Shown piece by piece: positions 1 through 13,790 of a stretch of 64,000 bases of DNA. The position numbers and the translations under genes are program-made. Below the pieces are notes generated by a model. It searched no databases. It was given only the letters and a program-made list of their open reading frames with translations, and had not been told where the DNA came from. Numbering within the stretch: position 1 is the stretch's first letter; each line of letters opens with the position of its first letter. This DNA is from Klebsormidium nitens (Eukaryota; Plantae; Klebsormidiophyceae), in NCBI GenBank assembly GCA_000708835.1, contig DF236960.1, forward strand, positions 214,982 through 278,981, given 5' to 3'.

Positions 1-255
1 AACCAGCACCGGTAGCAGGGAATGAAGGGGCTCACGGCAACGAATTCGTCCATGGCGTTGAGTTCTGGCCAGCGTGTCCGTTTGCACCCTGAACAGAATC
101 GCGCGGTGCTGAACCTCGTTGTGCAAGAAGCTATCCCTGAGTTTAACTCCTCCAGACCGAGCACCGGCTCTGTGATCAGAGAAACGCGGTGACGAACTTT
201 CCAAAACATCGCTTCTTTGTTGAGATTATTGATCTCTACGACGCTCCATCGGCCT
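1..255 (-). CDS. Possible coding exon running off the window start
   Basis: Stop-free minus frame after a CTGAC/pyrimidine tract: RWSVVEINNLNKEAMFWKVRHR...FCSGCKRTRW...PCYRCW. No family recognised. Confidence 0.25.
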
Positions 256-1833
256 CGAAAATATGGAAACGAAAGTCAGGGTCCTGGTTGGAAGGTCTTT
301 TCAGCTTTTTTCAGCCTTCGTTTTCAGTTTAAATGTTTACTGCAAGCAGAGTTGCCGGGGGAACTAACGCTGACGGCAGGAGAGAAAACAATCTCTCATC
401 CCGAAGCGGGCGTCCGCATCCGGGGGGCGAAGTTTGGATGGAAATGAGAAAGTGAAGACAACGCCACGAGCGACGAGCGGGAGCGGAAGAGGCAGCAGCT
501 GAATGAAACTCTCTGCGAGCGGAACAAGGCGAGCGGAACAAGCCGATGACTGGAAGTACTGAAAAGCAGCGGAACTGGACTAAACATAAACGTACTACGA
601 CTGGATGCGGGCGGAAGTCAAAGCCGAGCAGGAGGTTATGCATACAGGGGCGGACGAAAGGTTCTCAGGGGCGATACGGAGGTCGGACGGATCGAACATA
701 CGGGCGGAAGCAAATGGATATCGAACGGAAAGGAGGGACGTGTCGTTCCGCGTCGCTGTTCGCGGAACGGCGCGGACAAGAACGCACGGCCGGAACGGAA
801 CGAAGCTTTGGAGCAGAAAAGAACGTCGTGCCCAAGACGGCAAAGGTCGTCGAGCCTCAGGAGCTTGAAGCAAAACGGAGAGGACACGGAAGAATACAAC
901 AGAGTGTGAACGGGCGGTCACTGCCCGTGCCACCCGAGGGGATCACCAAACAGCGCATGCAGACGGTTACGAGAATTTGGAGACAGGTGCCAGCAACTTC
1001 AAGAAAATAATCCCAGAGGCTGCGAGAGGGAAGCTGATTAAGAGTAACCCGTTGAAAGCGGAAGCAAGCGAACGCTGAACAGGTTCCGAAATTTTTTATT
1101 GAGAGTTAGGTAAAGGGACCCGGGGGGGGGGAGAAGGAGCAGAAAAAGTAGATTGATGTGAGGGACAAAAAGATGGGAGCCGAAGAGAACTATAAGGACT
1201 TGTGTCGATATCAATCTGGAACTGGTACTACATGGATTCCAAACTTCTCCGCCCGTGCTGTTGAATCGACAGCGCGGTTGGGCGTTCCAGATCATTTGAG
1301 GAGCATCAGATACCAACCTCTCTCCCAGAAATTATAGGAAGTACTAAGTAGCGGCGCGTGGTCCAATCACTTAAATTTCGCATTCAGCCGGTTTCTTACT
1401 GTCATCTTGAGGCGGTATACAAGACACCTCGAAAGGTAAGCAGTCGCTGCATGACGCTCGATCCTGGCGTCAACAATAGGAACAGAGCTCTTCTAAGATG
1501 ACATCAGCGGACCGCACGCGCAAAACAACACCTTCTGAAGGCGAGTAGAACCTTGACGGGGCGGCCTTGCACGAAGTCGTGCCGGAACCCTCTAGATTCT
1601 GATAGCAAAGATCAGAAACCCCAAGAGCGGTCGGAGATTGCTCACCGTCTTCCAGCCGTGCATGAAAGTAGTCCTGCAGCATGCCGGAGAAGTAGGGGTG
1701 CGCGTCGACCGAAAAGCTGCAAAAAGCTTCCCAGTTTTCTTAGCCAATCGGATGGCTTTGAAGATCCACGTGGTAGACCAAGGTACATAACCAGAGGAGT
1801 AATATGGCCTGAAAAGGACCGTACCTCCTACCT

Positions 1834-1950
1834 NNNNNNNNNNNNNNNNNNNNNNNNNNNNNNNNNNNNNNNNNNNNNNNNNNNNNNNNNNNNNNNNNNN
1901 NNNNNNNNNNNNNNNNNNNNNNNNNNNNNNNNNNNNNNNNNNNNNNNNNN
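1834..1950. other. Assembly gap
   Basis: Run of N. Confidence 1.
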
Positions 1951-4900
1951 CGCGCAACCTAGGGCGCTAGCCTAGTGGGGCTCGCTCGGGCCGTGCAAAA
2001 TGGCTAGCCTGGTACGCCGTGCACGCCTCGATGTCTAAGCGCAGGCCCGTCATCTTTGCGGCCGCCCGCAACCCCTCCCGCTCTTCCTGGGCGAGCTTCA
2101 CCCGCTTTCTTACGTGTAGAAGCAGCTCCCCTTTGTCAGTGTATCCCTTGAACGACTCCGGTTCCGGCTCTTTCCCAAACCCAACTAGATGGGCGCACTG
2201 GGGGTACTCTCGCGGGCTCTCGATCAGAGCCCTCTTTAGCAGCAGGATGTTCATTATCAGCTTCTCTGGATCTCGCGTCAGCTTCGCGTGGGTAGTGCAG
2301 GCTTTCAGCGCCTGGTTGCCTCGTTTAACCCACCACTCCGATATGGCTCGCACCTCCCCCGTCTGAACCTCCTGCCTGGGTGTTGCGAGGCGACGTGGAG
2401 GCAGTGAATGTCGCCACGTAGACGGGAAGTTCCTGTGGACGAGAAAAGTACGAGCGGATCGGAATGGACGCCATGACAGTACACGAATCTCGGCGCCGGT
2501 CCGAAGAAGGTTAACCTCTAGCAATACCCTAAAGGCAAACTCGTCGCACAAGGGTCCTCTGATCTCTCCGTCTTTCATATGGAGTTGACGACGATCCTAC
2601 TCCAGATAGTGGATTCGAACAGGACCAATCACTGGTTCTCAGAAACTCGAGCTGACAATATCAAAACGGAGTATCGGAAGCAGTCAGCTGCTGTATAGGA
2701 TTTCAGTTGCTGACGTCACCCTCTCCTGAATGAAGCACACGTAAGAGCCTACCAGCGGCTCCAGCAAAAGCGAGCTGACGTCATGCGAAAAACCGGTAAA
2801 CTAGAAGGCCGTAAGTAATGTCTTGAAGTAACACAGTTTTCTTGGATGATGTAAGTGCTTAGAAAAGCTGACGTCACCCTCCGCTCAATCTTTTTTTAAC
2901 GGAATCAAGACCGGCAGTGACGTCGCAAGCTGTTGAATTTGAGTCGAAAGTTGCTCGCTGCTTATTGCTTGAGTGTGGTACAAGGCAATTTATTGGACCT
3001 TCACTTTCGGACGCAAGATGTGATCAACTCTATTCTGGACTTTTTAGAATGTCTGCAAATCGTTTAAGCACACCAGAGGAAAAAGTAGCTCTATGCTCAT
3101 CATCTGCTTTTGGAAAAACTAATGCAGATACCCAATTAGCGTTTTCGTTACGTCGCACCGCTTATGATCATTGCTCTAGCGACCTGGCCTAGGGACTTCC
3201 AGGCGACCGCGCGCAAAAGCAAGAGCCGGGGCATCTTGTCGCCAGGTCGTCCCCCAGCTCAAGCGACACCTGACTCGACTTAGAAGAGCCTGAAAAGCTA
3301 CCTGCTCGACGATCTTTGCATACTACTCCAGATGCGCCGCGGCCGCCCGCCTCCGCTCCGCGTCCAGGGAATCTTCTTCGCCGAGTAGTGTAGCACCACG
3401 ATTCGAAGGTGCTTCCAGGGTGAGGCCATCTCGCGGGTGAAGCAGTCATTGACCAAGAACAGGGAGTCCGATTCGGTAAAGTGAAGCAGCTATTCCTTTG
3501 CGAAGGACTTGAGGTACTTGGTGATGACGTCGGTTGCGGTCGAGCGGCGCCTTGATCTGGCGCCACTGGACGACCTTCCGTTAAGAGTGATCGGCATGAC
3601 TTCGGGTGGCCCTTCCTCCCTCTGTCTTGTATGGCTGAAATTGATGCAGCTAGAATGACTAAACGAGCCCGAGGAGAAGGCCGTGAGTGACTGGGAGAGG
3701 GAAACATTTGATGAGGTCGATCAGGTTGAAGTAGGGCAGGTAGCCGCGAGCTAGGGCGCAGCACAACCCTTTGTCCTCCCGTTCCTCCGGTTTCTCTAGC
3801 TGCCATGCCTCTACTCGTTTTCCGTAATCGACGTGGTCCGCATGCGTTCTCCGGGTTGCGTCTTAGTCCGCCAGTCGTAGGACTGTCTCCATTCGAGCTC
3901 CAGGCAACAGACCTCAAAATGGCCCAAAGGCGGGAACCCAAAAAGGTTGACTAATTGTAACCGCCTTCAACTGTCGACCTTCATGTCTACAGGCCGTACG
4001 TGGCGCCGGCGCTCCTCACAACTCTGACAGCCCAGTATTAAAACGGTTCTTCTTTTCGGCTAGTTCAACCTGTTCATTTAGGCGCTTCTCGGCGCCGCAC
4101 TTCAGGCCGGCCGCAGTAGCAACAGGTAGCTTGCAGAGTATTTTCACAGTCATTGGCCTGCAGTTAGTAGGACGAGCTCGGGATACGTCAGATTAGGACG
4201 GCTGTCTACAGCCGACCACCGGCTTTGGGCCAGCCTTAATCCGGACGTGTATCAGACGCTTATTTTAAACCAATCGGACGTTCGAAACAATTGCTCGACA
4301 ATTCAATATGAGGCTCATATAAACATCTTTAATTGTCTGAAAAGTGTCTAAAACGTGTCTGATCGTTGTATCGGTTACTTCTAGTTGCGGCCGATGGACG
4401 GCCATGATTGCTCGACTTTATTAACATGTCTCATACATCTCTGACCACGGTGTCTAAAGCGCGTCTGAGACTGGTCACTTCAGATCAGACATGCTTCAGA
4501 TCACATGGATCAGACAAGCTAGCATGTGCTTTCTCACAATGATTGCCGAGTATGCAACCAGCTTTCCTGGCAGTGAAACGCAATGCAGATGTAATAATCC
4601 AGGAAGGGGATCGCCGTGTGTGACGCGTATACTACGGGTGCACTGAGGTGTGCACTTTGTACGATGGACCAGCCGCCTTTCAACCGCCTGACGCGCGAAA
4701 CGACCTTGAGTGTTACCTACGGAGGATCTAGAATCTAGTGTCTTTGTGTACACATGTCTTAGCCGAACTACACTGCCAATATAACGGCGCTGGACACAGG
4801 AAGGTTAACTGTTTTGCTGCTAACCAGGTTCGATAAGCAAACTTCACTCTGGTTCTTTGACGTAAACCGCGTTGTAGCCACGTGTAAAACCTGCTTACTC

Positions 4901-5490
4901 AGGTTACTCAGGCTGCTCGAGTCTGGTCATTGGACACTTAACTGGCAGCTTCGAACCAGCCCGTAACCGACTGTGGTTAACCGCCAAAAAACCTTTGTCG
5001 GAAAACGATTCCGAATATGCAACCAGCTTTAATCCTGGCAGTGAAAACGCAATGCAAATGTAGCTACATCAGCAGATTCTGTGTGACGCATACGCCGTGC
5101 AGTGCGCTGCTGCCGCTGTGTATATGATGGACCAGTCGCCGCCGGCGGGCCCTGGCCCGGCCGGGCCGCCGGCGCTCGCGGCCGCCTCGTCGTGCCGAAA
5201 GCCGACCGGCAATACCGTATACCGGACGTCGGTCGAGACAAACAAAACCGTACCATCCGTGCCTCCGAGTCAATAGGCTATCGCCCCGTTCCCGCGCCCA
5301 AATTTGCGGCATGCATTCCAGCTGCAAATTGCCTGGAACGGCCTGGAATTCTGGATGATAAATATCATAAGCAGGTATGTTGATACTTTAGTGACCGGTG
5401 ATCCATTCCTGGTCGCCTAACCCCGGTCCCCAACTACTGATTCCTTGCATCCATTTTTATGGTCTCCGGGTTTCTAGGAATACAGTACGG

Positions 5491-5799
5491 CCAAGGTATG
5501 ATTCCGAATGCTCGGAATATGCAATTATTTTACAGAATGCAAGTCCAAATCTTGTATTATTTTATAGAATCCGACCCTAAATCGGAACGGGGTCAGAGGT
5601 ACCCAGGTACCCTTACTTCCTGGCTTTTCAAGGGGTGCCGGTACGTACCTTAATTTATATGGGCTTTGACATCACTTTCCGAACAGGATTTAGCAATTAT
5701 TTTCCCTTTCCAAAAAAGCAGATTCCGACTGCTTATTTCGAGTTTCCAACTTTCCGAATGCAAATAATTATTTAATTTTTAATCGGAATCATACCTTGG
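5491..5799. mobile_element. 309-bp MITE with 17-bp TIRs and a probable 8-bp TSD (hAT-like)
   Basis: CCAAGGTATGATTCCGA (5491-5507) and TCGGAATCATACCTTGG (5783-5799) are perfect inverted repeats. Flanks CAGTACGG (5483-5490) and TAGTACGG (5800-5807) match 7/8. AT-rich interior. Confidence 0.7.
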
Positions 5800-6049
5800 T
5801 AGTACGGTATATAGGAGCTGCCGAGGATTCAGCGTCGAACCGGGCACAAAGATGCTGGACTACCCGGCCAAAGATTATGCTGAAAGCTTATATGCTACAA
5901 CTTATACGTGCACGGTAAATTAAGGCCTTGGAGGAAACACTAGACTCAGAGCCTAGGGTACGTCAATGCGCAGCTTCACAATACCATTGCATGGTACCGT
6001 ACGGTATGTTGGTATCAGACATATGGCAGGCAGGTCAACGCCAAATTAC

Positions 6050-6726
6050 AAGATGACGTCAGACTCGCTGTGTTCCAAGAGTAACTTTAATTCAATGAAT
6101 GCTGGGATACACCCCGTTTTCGCGCTTGGCTGGTTGCAACACGTTGCAATGTATGTATATCAGGCCTTCAACTTCAAGCTTGTTTCTCAGAGGAATCACG
6201 CCCTGGAACACCCATCTCCTATGCTGACCAAGCGGGAAGCCAGCTCAGGAAGAAAGGTGGTTTTTCCAAACAACCGGCCCGCAGTCAGCCGTTCAAGAGT
6301 CGGGATGCAAACCCCTGGTTGCTTAACGTGTCCCATTCAAATGCAACGAGGATATCCTTTGCCGGGATTATCCTTTGCTTGTGATCAGCTCAGCTCTCAT
6401 AAGCATGGAGATCTTTGGATACGGCGGAAAAGTTGCCATGCAAACGCTCTCCAGCTGTAGACTGCATGCTGCACGACAGCTGTCACAGCCACCTCCGATC
6501 AGCTCATTGTTATGATGGCATCGCTCCTGCTCTCAGCTAAACGTCAGAACTATGCTGATCACTCACAAATTATGTGAGGGCTGCCCATTGGCTCATATAC
6601 CTATACAGCCCCCAAGCTGCAATCTGGCCTATAAAATCCACGCCCACACACCTTCATTCCCTAAAACTTCAAATCGTTCCAGAACAAACTTCAAAGCTCA
6701 GAGTCCACCTTCTCTCAGCAGCCGCC
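6050..6726 (+). promoter_or_regulatory. Conserved promoter of paralog 1 with TATA box
   Basis: TATAAAA at 6630-6636, 97 nt before the ATG. Region aligns block-wise with 13075-13790 and 18050-18718. TGACGTCA at 6054-6061. Confidence 0.65.
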
Positions 6727-9700
6727 ATGGCTTCCGCTGCGCGCCTCTCCCTCCTCTTCCTTGTTTCCGCTGCGGTCCTTTCCGGCTCAGCCGCGCAGCA
6801 GGTCAATGTTCCGGTGACGGTGCAGTGCCTGAACGTGCTGGAGAACAACCAGATCCTCAACATCCCTGGTGCCAATGTGGGCGTCGTCCAGGTCATCGCG
6901 GCAGCTCTCGGTGGCGCCGGCCAGGCCCCAAGCGCGCTCTTCTTCAACAGTAAGTCCCTAGCTCATTCTCCTGCAGGCTCAAGGCCTGTGCTTTTCTTGC
7001 ATTTGTTCCTTCGCTTATACCTTTTTCTGAGTCTGTCTGCTGGGGTCTCTATATTGATGTTTGTGGCTGGCCGCGAGAAAGCACTCCATGACCTGCCTCT
7101 AAAGAGATTCGTTGTGACGGCTCAGCAGCCAGATGAGCTGGGTTTCAGTAGGGAGAGGCAGTGGACAACGCGTTCCAGATTCTGCATTGCCTGCTCTTGC
7201 ATAATCTTCTCAGCAGCTGAGATCTTTGAGCTTCTTCCTGTGAACTTCACAATAAGGGAGATCTCCTTCCTGAGCTGACTTACTCAATGCCGGTTTCTCT
7301 TTTAAAATGGCTTTTTGAGGCAAACAGACTAGCTCTTTGATGGTTGCGGGGTCGTCTCTAGGTTAGAGGATTGAGACACGTGAGAATCTGGATCGCCGCT
7401 TGAAGCCTGCAAGCAGACATTTGACTCGAGGAAACAAAGGTCAAGCTGGGTTCTTAATTTGACATTGAATGCTTTGCGCGTCGTTAATTCTGTTCAGCAT
7501 GTGTCCTGTTGCGAGCTGAAGTCACGGCTCAAGAGCAATCTGCATAGGCTCCTCGTTGTGCAGGACTCACCTTGATGGTTCGGCTCACGTCGCGTGCAGA
7601 TAGTTTGATCCTGCACTCCAAGGCAATCCGAAGCAACAATTTGACATGTTTCTGGCCCTCTCCTGCAGGCAGCAGCAGCACCAACAACTGCACCAACAAC
7701 CAGAACTTCAACAGCAACTCCACGTGCAGCTCCGCCATTGGCCCCGTTAACCTGGGTGTTCTAGGCCAGGGCACTCTCACCCCCTGCTACAACGGGGCGT
7801 TCGCAGGGTCAAGTAGGGCCAAAATCGTGTCAGCATATTTGCAGAAAAATACTCGATACGAGAATAGCCGCCGTTTCATCGTTTCTTGGTCAAATCGACT
7901 TCCGTTTTTTGCATTGAGTACGCAACTCGTACCTTTAAAATGTACAACCCTCACTTTCGCCAAAAGTGACGAGTGCCCGGTAGTTAGAAATAGTGCCCGG
8001 TACATCAACGATTTCGAAAGGGCGCCCCACGGAAGTCGGCCTTGGTCCAACTTTCGGAAGCCGACACTTGGGCACAGGTTAGGCCTTGGGAAAGTCTAGT
8101 GCACCACATTCCTACTTCCGGAAAATCCGCGCAGATTTGACCCCGGCAGGGTATTTAAGGTATTAATAAATACAGAAAATATAAATAAAATAAACATATA
8201 TCCTCCCGGGGCCGCATCCGATGTGAATTTTGAAAAGTAGGAACGCAGTGCACAAGAGGTACCCTAGGTGGGCTCAGTGCCCGAAAATCACCTCAAAAAA
8301 GTTGGGCCGGGTCCGACTTCCGTGGGGCGCCCTTTTCAATATCTGCATGTACCGGCCACTTTTACCACCGACCGGTTGGCAGGCGGAAGTGAAAATTTCT
8401 ACCGGTATGTTGCAATGTGCTAGCGATGGGGTACCGGTAGCAAAAATCAGAAGTCAATTTGGCCACGATTTGAGTAAATGACGAGATCAAACGTCAAAAT
8501 GCCGAAAAGCTGACAGTGCTGACATGACGGCGGGTTGTACTTGGAGCGTACATGTGTACTTTTGGGTCCGTCCGGGTGTACTTTTAGAAAGTACCGAAAT
8601 GTACCAACCTTCCGAAAGGTCCTAGGATCGATTCCCACCATCGACCATTGAAGTTCCATTTTTTTGGCATTATTTTGCAATTGTTTTAAAGAGTGCCAGG
8701 ATTGGCCCCACCTGATCCTGCGAACGCCCAACGAGCCTACCGCGGGCGGACGCAAGCTGCTGCAGCAGATCAACGTTCCCGTCACCGTCCAGTGCCTGAA
8801 CCTGCTGGAGAACAACCAGATCCTCAACATCCCCGGACTAAATGTGGGCGTTATCCAGCTTATCTTGTCGGCTCTCGGCGGTGCTGGCCAGGCCCCAACC
8901 GCGCTCTTCTACAACAGTGAGTCATAAGTGTCGCACTTTGAAAAGTTCCGACTGATGATTTCTCAATCTGCATCTAGTGATCTGATGCTTTGATCCTTGT
9001 TCCTTTCAAGTACTCTCACGCTCTGTTGATGAGCAGTGAAGGATCCAGTGAATCAAACTGAAGTAAAAATCGAGGGCAGAGGGATTGTTTGTACAATCTG
9101 CAAGCTAGTTCGATTGTGATCTACAAAACCCGAAAATTATCGTGAGTTCTGAGCAAAAAGGAAAGTAGCCTGTTCTGAAAGGCGGGTCGTATTGCTCTTA
9201 CGGTTGTGTACGTGTCAGTACTTGACGAAAACTATTTGAGACTGATGGTCGGGTACATAGGGCAGACGACTGATAACAGAAGCACCTTACACCCCACGTG
9301 GAGTTTTCATAATACTTGGCGTTTTCAAAACACTTGGCGCCTCTCCTTCCGTCGAGCAAACGTGTCGTCCCAATGCGAACTGTTTCATTCACTTTTATTT
9401 TACCTTTGTCGCCAAACCCATGGCGCATATTTACCACTTCATTATTGCGTCTCCGCAGCCGGCAGCAGCACCAACAACTGCGTCAACAACCAGACCTTCA
9501 ACAGCAACTCCACGTGCAGCTCCGCAATTGGCCCAATCAATGCTGGCATTTTGGTCAGGGCACTCTCATCCCCTGCTACAACACCCCCGCCACCCCCGCC
9601 CCCACCGCCGGCGGCCGCAAGCTGCTGCAGCAAGTTAACGTGCCGGTTACCGCCCAGTGCGTTAACCTGCTGGACAACTCCCAGGTCGCCACTGACATCC

Positions 9701-11165
9701 CCAACGCGGTCGTCCAAGTCATCGGAGTGATTGCCGCAGTAGCCGGCGGAGGTGGCCAGACCCCATCTGCCATCTTCTACAACAGTGAGTCGCACCCGAC
9801 AGTTGACATGCACTTGTTCGGATACTGCTTGGATGCCTCAAGAAACTGGTTAGATACGTTCAGAGTGTAAGTCGATACGTCTTTTGTCGTCAGCAAGGAC
9901 TCTTCCTGAGATTTTTCTGGAAGCGAAGCAATGGAGGTCCTCGCTCTACTAGCAACCTCGAACCTCAACGCACCCCTTCGCGCTCGCTCCTTTCCGTTTA
10001 CCATCTCGAATGTCAGATTCAAGCCGAGCCTTGCTAAATTTCGCGTGCCCAAAACCCCGTTTTCTTTCGAGCTTGTAACTCGGTCTTTCCATTCTGACCG
10101 TCATCTTTATCTTCGAACCACTCTCCGTAATCTGAGTTCGTAGGATCTTGGGACCAGACTCTCCGCCCACAAAGTACAACAGGTTAACCGCCAACCTACC
10201 TTTCTTCTCGACCTTGACGCTTCATTTCCCCCCTTGCAGCCGGCACGAGCACCAACAACTGCAAGAACCTGCAGGAGTTCAACTCCAACAGCACCTGCAG
10301 CTCCGGGGTTGGCCCTGTGAACGCTGGCGTGCTCGGCCAGGGAACTTTTATCACGGGCTACCCCACCCCCCCCGCCGGCGGCCGCAAGCTGCTCCAGCAG
10401 ATCAACGTCCCTGTTACCGTTCAGTGCGTGAACTTGCTCAACAACAACCAGATCCTCAACCTCGCAAACCTGAACGTGGGCGTCATCCAGCTCATCCTGT
10501 CCGTGCTCGGCGGAGGAGGCCAGACCCCGAGCGCCGTCTTCTTCAACAGTGAGTCGCGAAGTTTTGCTGAATGATCGTCAGATCGAATAAGGAACCCGAG
10601 ATGTGTGCCAGCCGTCAAGATTCTTCTGATCGAAGATTCCGTGATGCCACGTATTCTTCATCCTTGCACTGCCGTCTTTCGACGTTGGCTTTTCAAAAGG
10701 TCCCCGGTACTCGACTCTTGTCATCTTCTAGCCTTTCGTCAGCCTCAAGTTTGCATGTTGTCCCATAGTTGCTAGACAAGTAGTACCAATGTTCACCACG
10801 CTTGGATTGATTTGTCTCTGCAACATCTACTTGGCGCCTACTCGGATTTTGCAGCGCGCGCTTAGAAGAGAATTTTGCGAAGCCGCCGCTCATCCTTGAA
10901 TCGTCCTGCAACGCTGCCTTCGTTTCCATCTCCGTGACGACATGGAAGGAGTGTGAAACACTTGTCAGTCTAGTTGCCGTTGCTGTATTACAAACCGTAT
11001 GTTATCTGACCCATGTTTCACCTACTCCTTGCAGGCGGCACCTCCACCAACAACTGCCAGAACAACCAGGAATTCACCAGCACCAGCAACTGCTCCTCCG
11101 CGATCGGACCCGTCAACGCTGGTGTTCTCGGCCAGGGCACTCTCATCCCTTGCTACGGATCTTAG
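6727..11165 (+). pseudogene. Paralog 1 of the secreted RKLL-linked Cys-module precursor (4 modules); disrupted
   Basis: Exons 6727-6949, 7669-8916 (interrupted by TIR element 7795-8729 plus TSD), 9459-9784, 10240-10548, 11035-11165(TAG); all introns phase 1 GT..AG. Signal peptide MASAARLSLLFLVSAAVLSGSAA then QQVNVPVTVQC. 1-bp deletion in exon 3 near 9553 (ATTTTGGTCAG vs ATTTTGGGTCAG in copy 2) shifts the frame. Exon 4 has ITGY where copy 3 has ITCY. Confidence 0.85.
7795..8729. mobile_element. 935-bp non-autonomous TIR DNA transposon inserted in exon 2 of paralog 1
   Basis: 28-bp TIRs 7795-7822 and 8702-8729 (GGGCGTTCGCAGG..., 25/28 match). 4-bp TSD AACG at 7791-7794 and 8730-8733. Removing the element plus one TSD restores TAC AAC GAG CCT (YNEP) and the 309-nt exon length of the paralogs. 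Internal perfect 23-bp inverted repeat 8017-8039/8313-8335. No transposase ORF. Confidence 0.9.
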
Positions 11166-13074
11166 GTTATTCCCTCGTCTGGGTAGATTGGGAAGAGAAC
11201 CTCGCCGGGAAGGAGTCGAAGTGGGAATTGCTCAGAACAAGTGGGAGAGAACAGTGGAGTGCTGCCAATTGCTTGCAGATACTTTTAAGGACGTGTAATA
11301 AAAGACGGGAGTGTCTGGCAGGCTTCGTGAAAGTATGTGAACATGCTCCCTCGTAGATGCGCGCGCGTAGATTTTGATAGAACGTTGTGACCATGAATTT
11401 AGTCAGGGAGATAACCTGATTGTCCAATTCTGAACTCTAGTGCAGGGTCCGTTTTTGTCGCCAACAACCAGCGCCACTAGACTAGGGGAAGGTGAAAAGA
11501 CGGTAAAGCACACATGTAACCTTACAAAATCAGTGGAATAAACCTGCGATGCTTTCGCATCTTATTATACCAGCGTTCAGAACTTTGTTCTCGTAAAAAC
11601 TTTCAAATGTTATAAACTGATCGACCTTATCTCAATGTCTAACAATCCCTGTGACGTAAAATATCTACCGTGAATTATGAATTACTACGTTAAATACTAA
11701 TCGAATGAAGTGAAGAACCCAATCAAATTATGCTGCATACTCGATCGTCAGTGCCACATGATCAACAAATTAGGTAAACTACAGACTTTATGATCCTTTG
11801 CAAGTCGCTTACGACCGCCTGCAATTCATTTTCTGCTTCAAGTGTGCAATATTTTCCTCAAATCTACCTGTCCAACTTATCCACTACTTTCACTAGTGGG
11901 AATGATTCCGCATGTGCAACCTTGTTGGACTTAATCAGCTCAATCTACTACACAAGAGCGGCCTGATTACCACATAAGCTGTACCGCACATACTAGTACT
12001 GCAAGCGAGCAGATTGAGACCTGTAAAACTTGCCCTCTTCAGATAAAGTACGAAATTCCAGCCCTGTTCCAGTACTTAGACTCTATCATGCCAATTATTT
12101 TGCCATTGAATGTCTGAGGCTAGGAGCCCATCACTTAAGTGAAGTGGCAGCGGGATAGCTAGTTATTCTGATACGTGGGGGGGGCTGAGGCTTGGTACCC
12201 AGCTCGATCGACGAGGGGGGGGAGCTAGCGATCTTAAAGGCTTTTAATTGGCGGGCTGCTAAGCGGCCTCGGCTGCATCTCACAGCTGAAACCGGGCGAA
12301 ATCCCCCTTATTCTGACCGGCGGTTTGTAGCTTTATGAGGCCTTCAAAGCTTCAGGCCGGCAATGTTCGACTAGTGGTTGAGCTCCCCCCGGGGGGGTGC
12401 TTGTGGCCCTCTAAGAAAGTGGCATGTAGAATACCTAAGGCTGGTGCCACTTCAAAATGACGGTACCCTTTGATACCGCACATGAGCTACCAGGTGTACA
12501 GCTGTACAGAGCCTGCTCTGTGCATGTATGATAGTGCCGGACATCCCCGGACAGGCTCCGGACTCCACAACCCACTGAGGTCGTCGGCCGGGCGCTAGTC
12601 TCACACGCCGCGACTCGGATAAAGACTGCCCTTGTCCTTTTTGTGGTGCATGATGCACCGGCGGGCGGCTGGTTGCGCTACGTAAGGGACCGGCTTGAAA
12701 TTGAAGGTAGTGCATTCTACCAATGCAGTCGACTGAGGACTCAGTGGTGAAAAGTTCCGTACAACCAGCGATCACTCCGTCACCATAGGTTATGGCCCCA
12801 CCGCCGCCAGAATTTGCGGCATGCATTCCAGCTGTAAAATGCGATGGGTCGGAAGTGCTGGAACCCTGGACGACGTCTGCTGGATGACAACCATGCTTGA
12901 TGGTACTTTACTGACCGGGGTATAAGTCCCGGTCGCAACATCCCCACCAAGCCAAAGCCTGAGACCACTGCAGGTTGGAATTTGGAGATCTTCGGCCGAG
13001 GAGTCTTTTCTGACCGGGCTACCCGACCAAAGCTTATGCTTAAAGTAATTCAAAATGAGTACAATAAGCGGATA

Positions 13075-13790
13075 TTGACATCAGAAGCCTCTGCCGCCTA
13101 GACAGAAGTAACTTTCAATGATTGCTGGGATCCTCGTTTTCGCGCTTGGCTGGTTTCCACACGTTGCAATACTGCCCTACACGTAGCCTAAACCTTTGTT
13201 CCCCCGGGAAACTACCAGAGATACGCCCATCTCGTATGGGCTTTTAAGCAGCTCAGTTTCCTAGTAGTATATATACCTAATACCACATTGCTGGAAACGA
13301 ATGAAGCGGAAAGCCAGCTCTGGAAGAAAGGTGGTTTTCCGATCAACCCGCAGGCAGCCTGCATTTGGGAATCAGGATGCAAACCCCTGGTTGCTACGTG
13401 TCTCATGCACATGCAATGAGGATATTCTGCGCCTGGGATACAATATCCTTCGCCTGTGTTCAGCTCAGCTCTCATAAGCATGAAGATCCTAGGATACGGC
13501 GCCACTCCCTGCAATGCGGAAGAGCTGCCACGCAAACGCTGCCAGAGAAATGACAGCTGTCACAGGTCATTCCCTGCTCTATCTCCGCCTCCCAGCTGGA
13601 TTGAAGCTATTTATCAGAGCATTGCTCCTGCTCTCAGCTGAAACGATGCTGATCACTCATATACCTATACAGCTCCGCAACCTGCCATCTGACCTATAAA
13701 GCCGCGCTCACATTCCTCAGAATCTCGACACTTCCAAACTCACAAATCCTGCTCCAAAGACCAGGGCGCAAATTCCTCCCAGCAGCCGCC
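13075..13790 (+). promoter_or_regulatory. Conserved promoter of paralog 2 with TATA box
   Basis: TATAAA at 13695-13700, 96 nt before the ATG. Homologous blocks such as CGTTTTCGCGCTTG and GGATGCAAACCCC are shared with the other two copies. Confidence 0.65.

Noticed and set aside
1000-4000. ORFs 1967-2578 (-) and 3189-3941 (-) as retroelement proteins
   Set aside because: No RT (YxDD), integrase, RNase H or tyrosine recombinase motif could be identified. The region is probably degenerate but cannot be classified by eye.
6010-6019. TGGTATCAGA, resembling a tRNA-Met primer-binding site (and reverse TGGTATCTGA at 1306-1315)
   Set aside because: No paired LTRs, no TG...CA ends and no recognisable gag/pol motifs nearby. 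The 6010 site lies in a gene's upstream region.
12140-12454. Inverted repeat TGAAGTGGCA / TGCCACTTCA as MITE ends
   Set aside because: Only 10-11 bp match and there is no target-site duplication.
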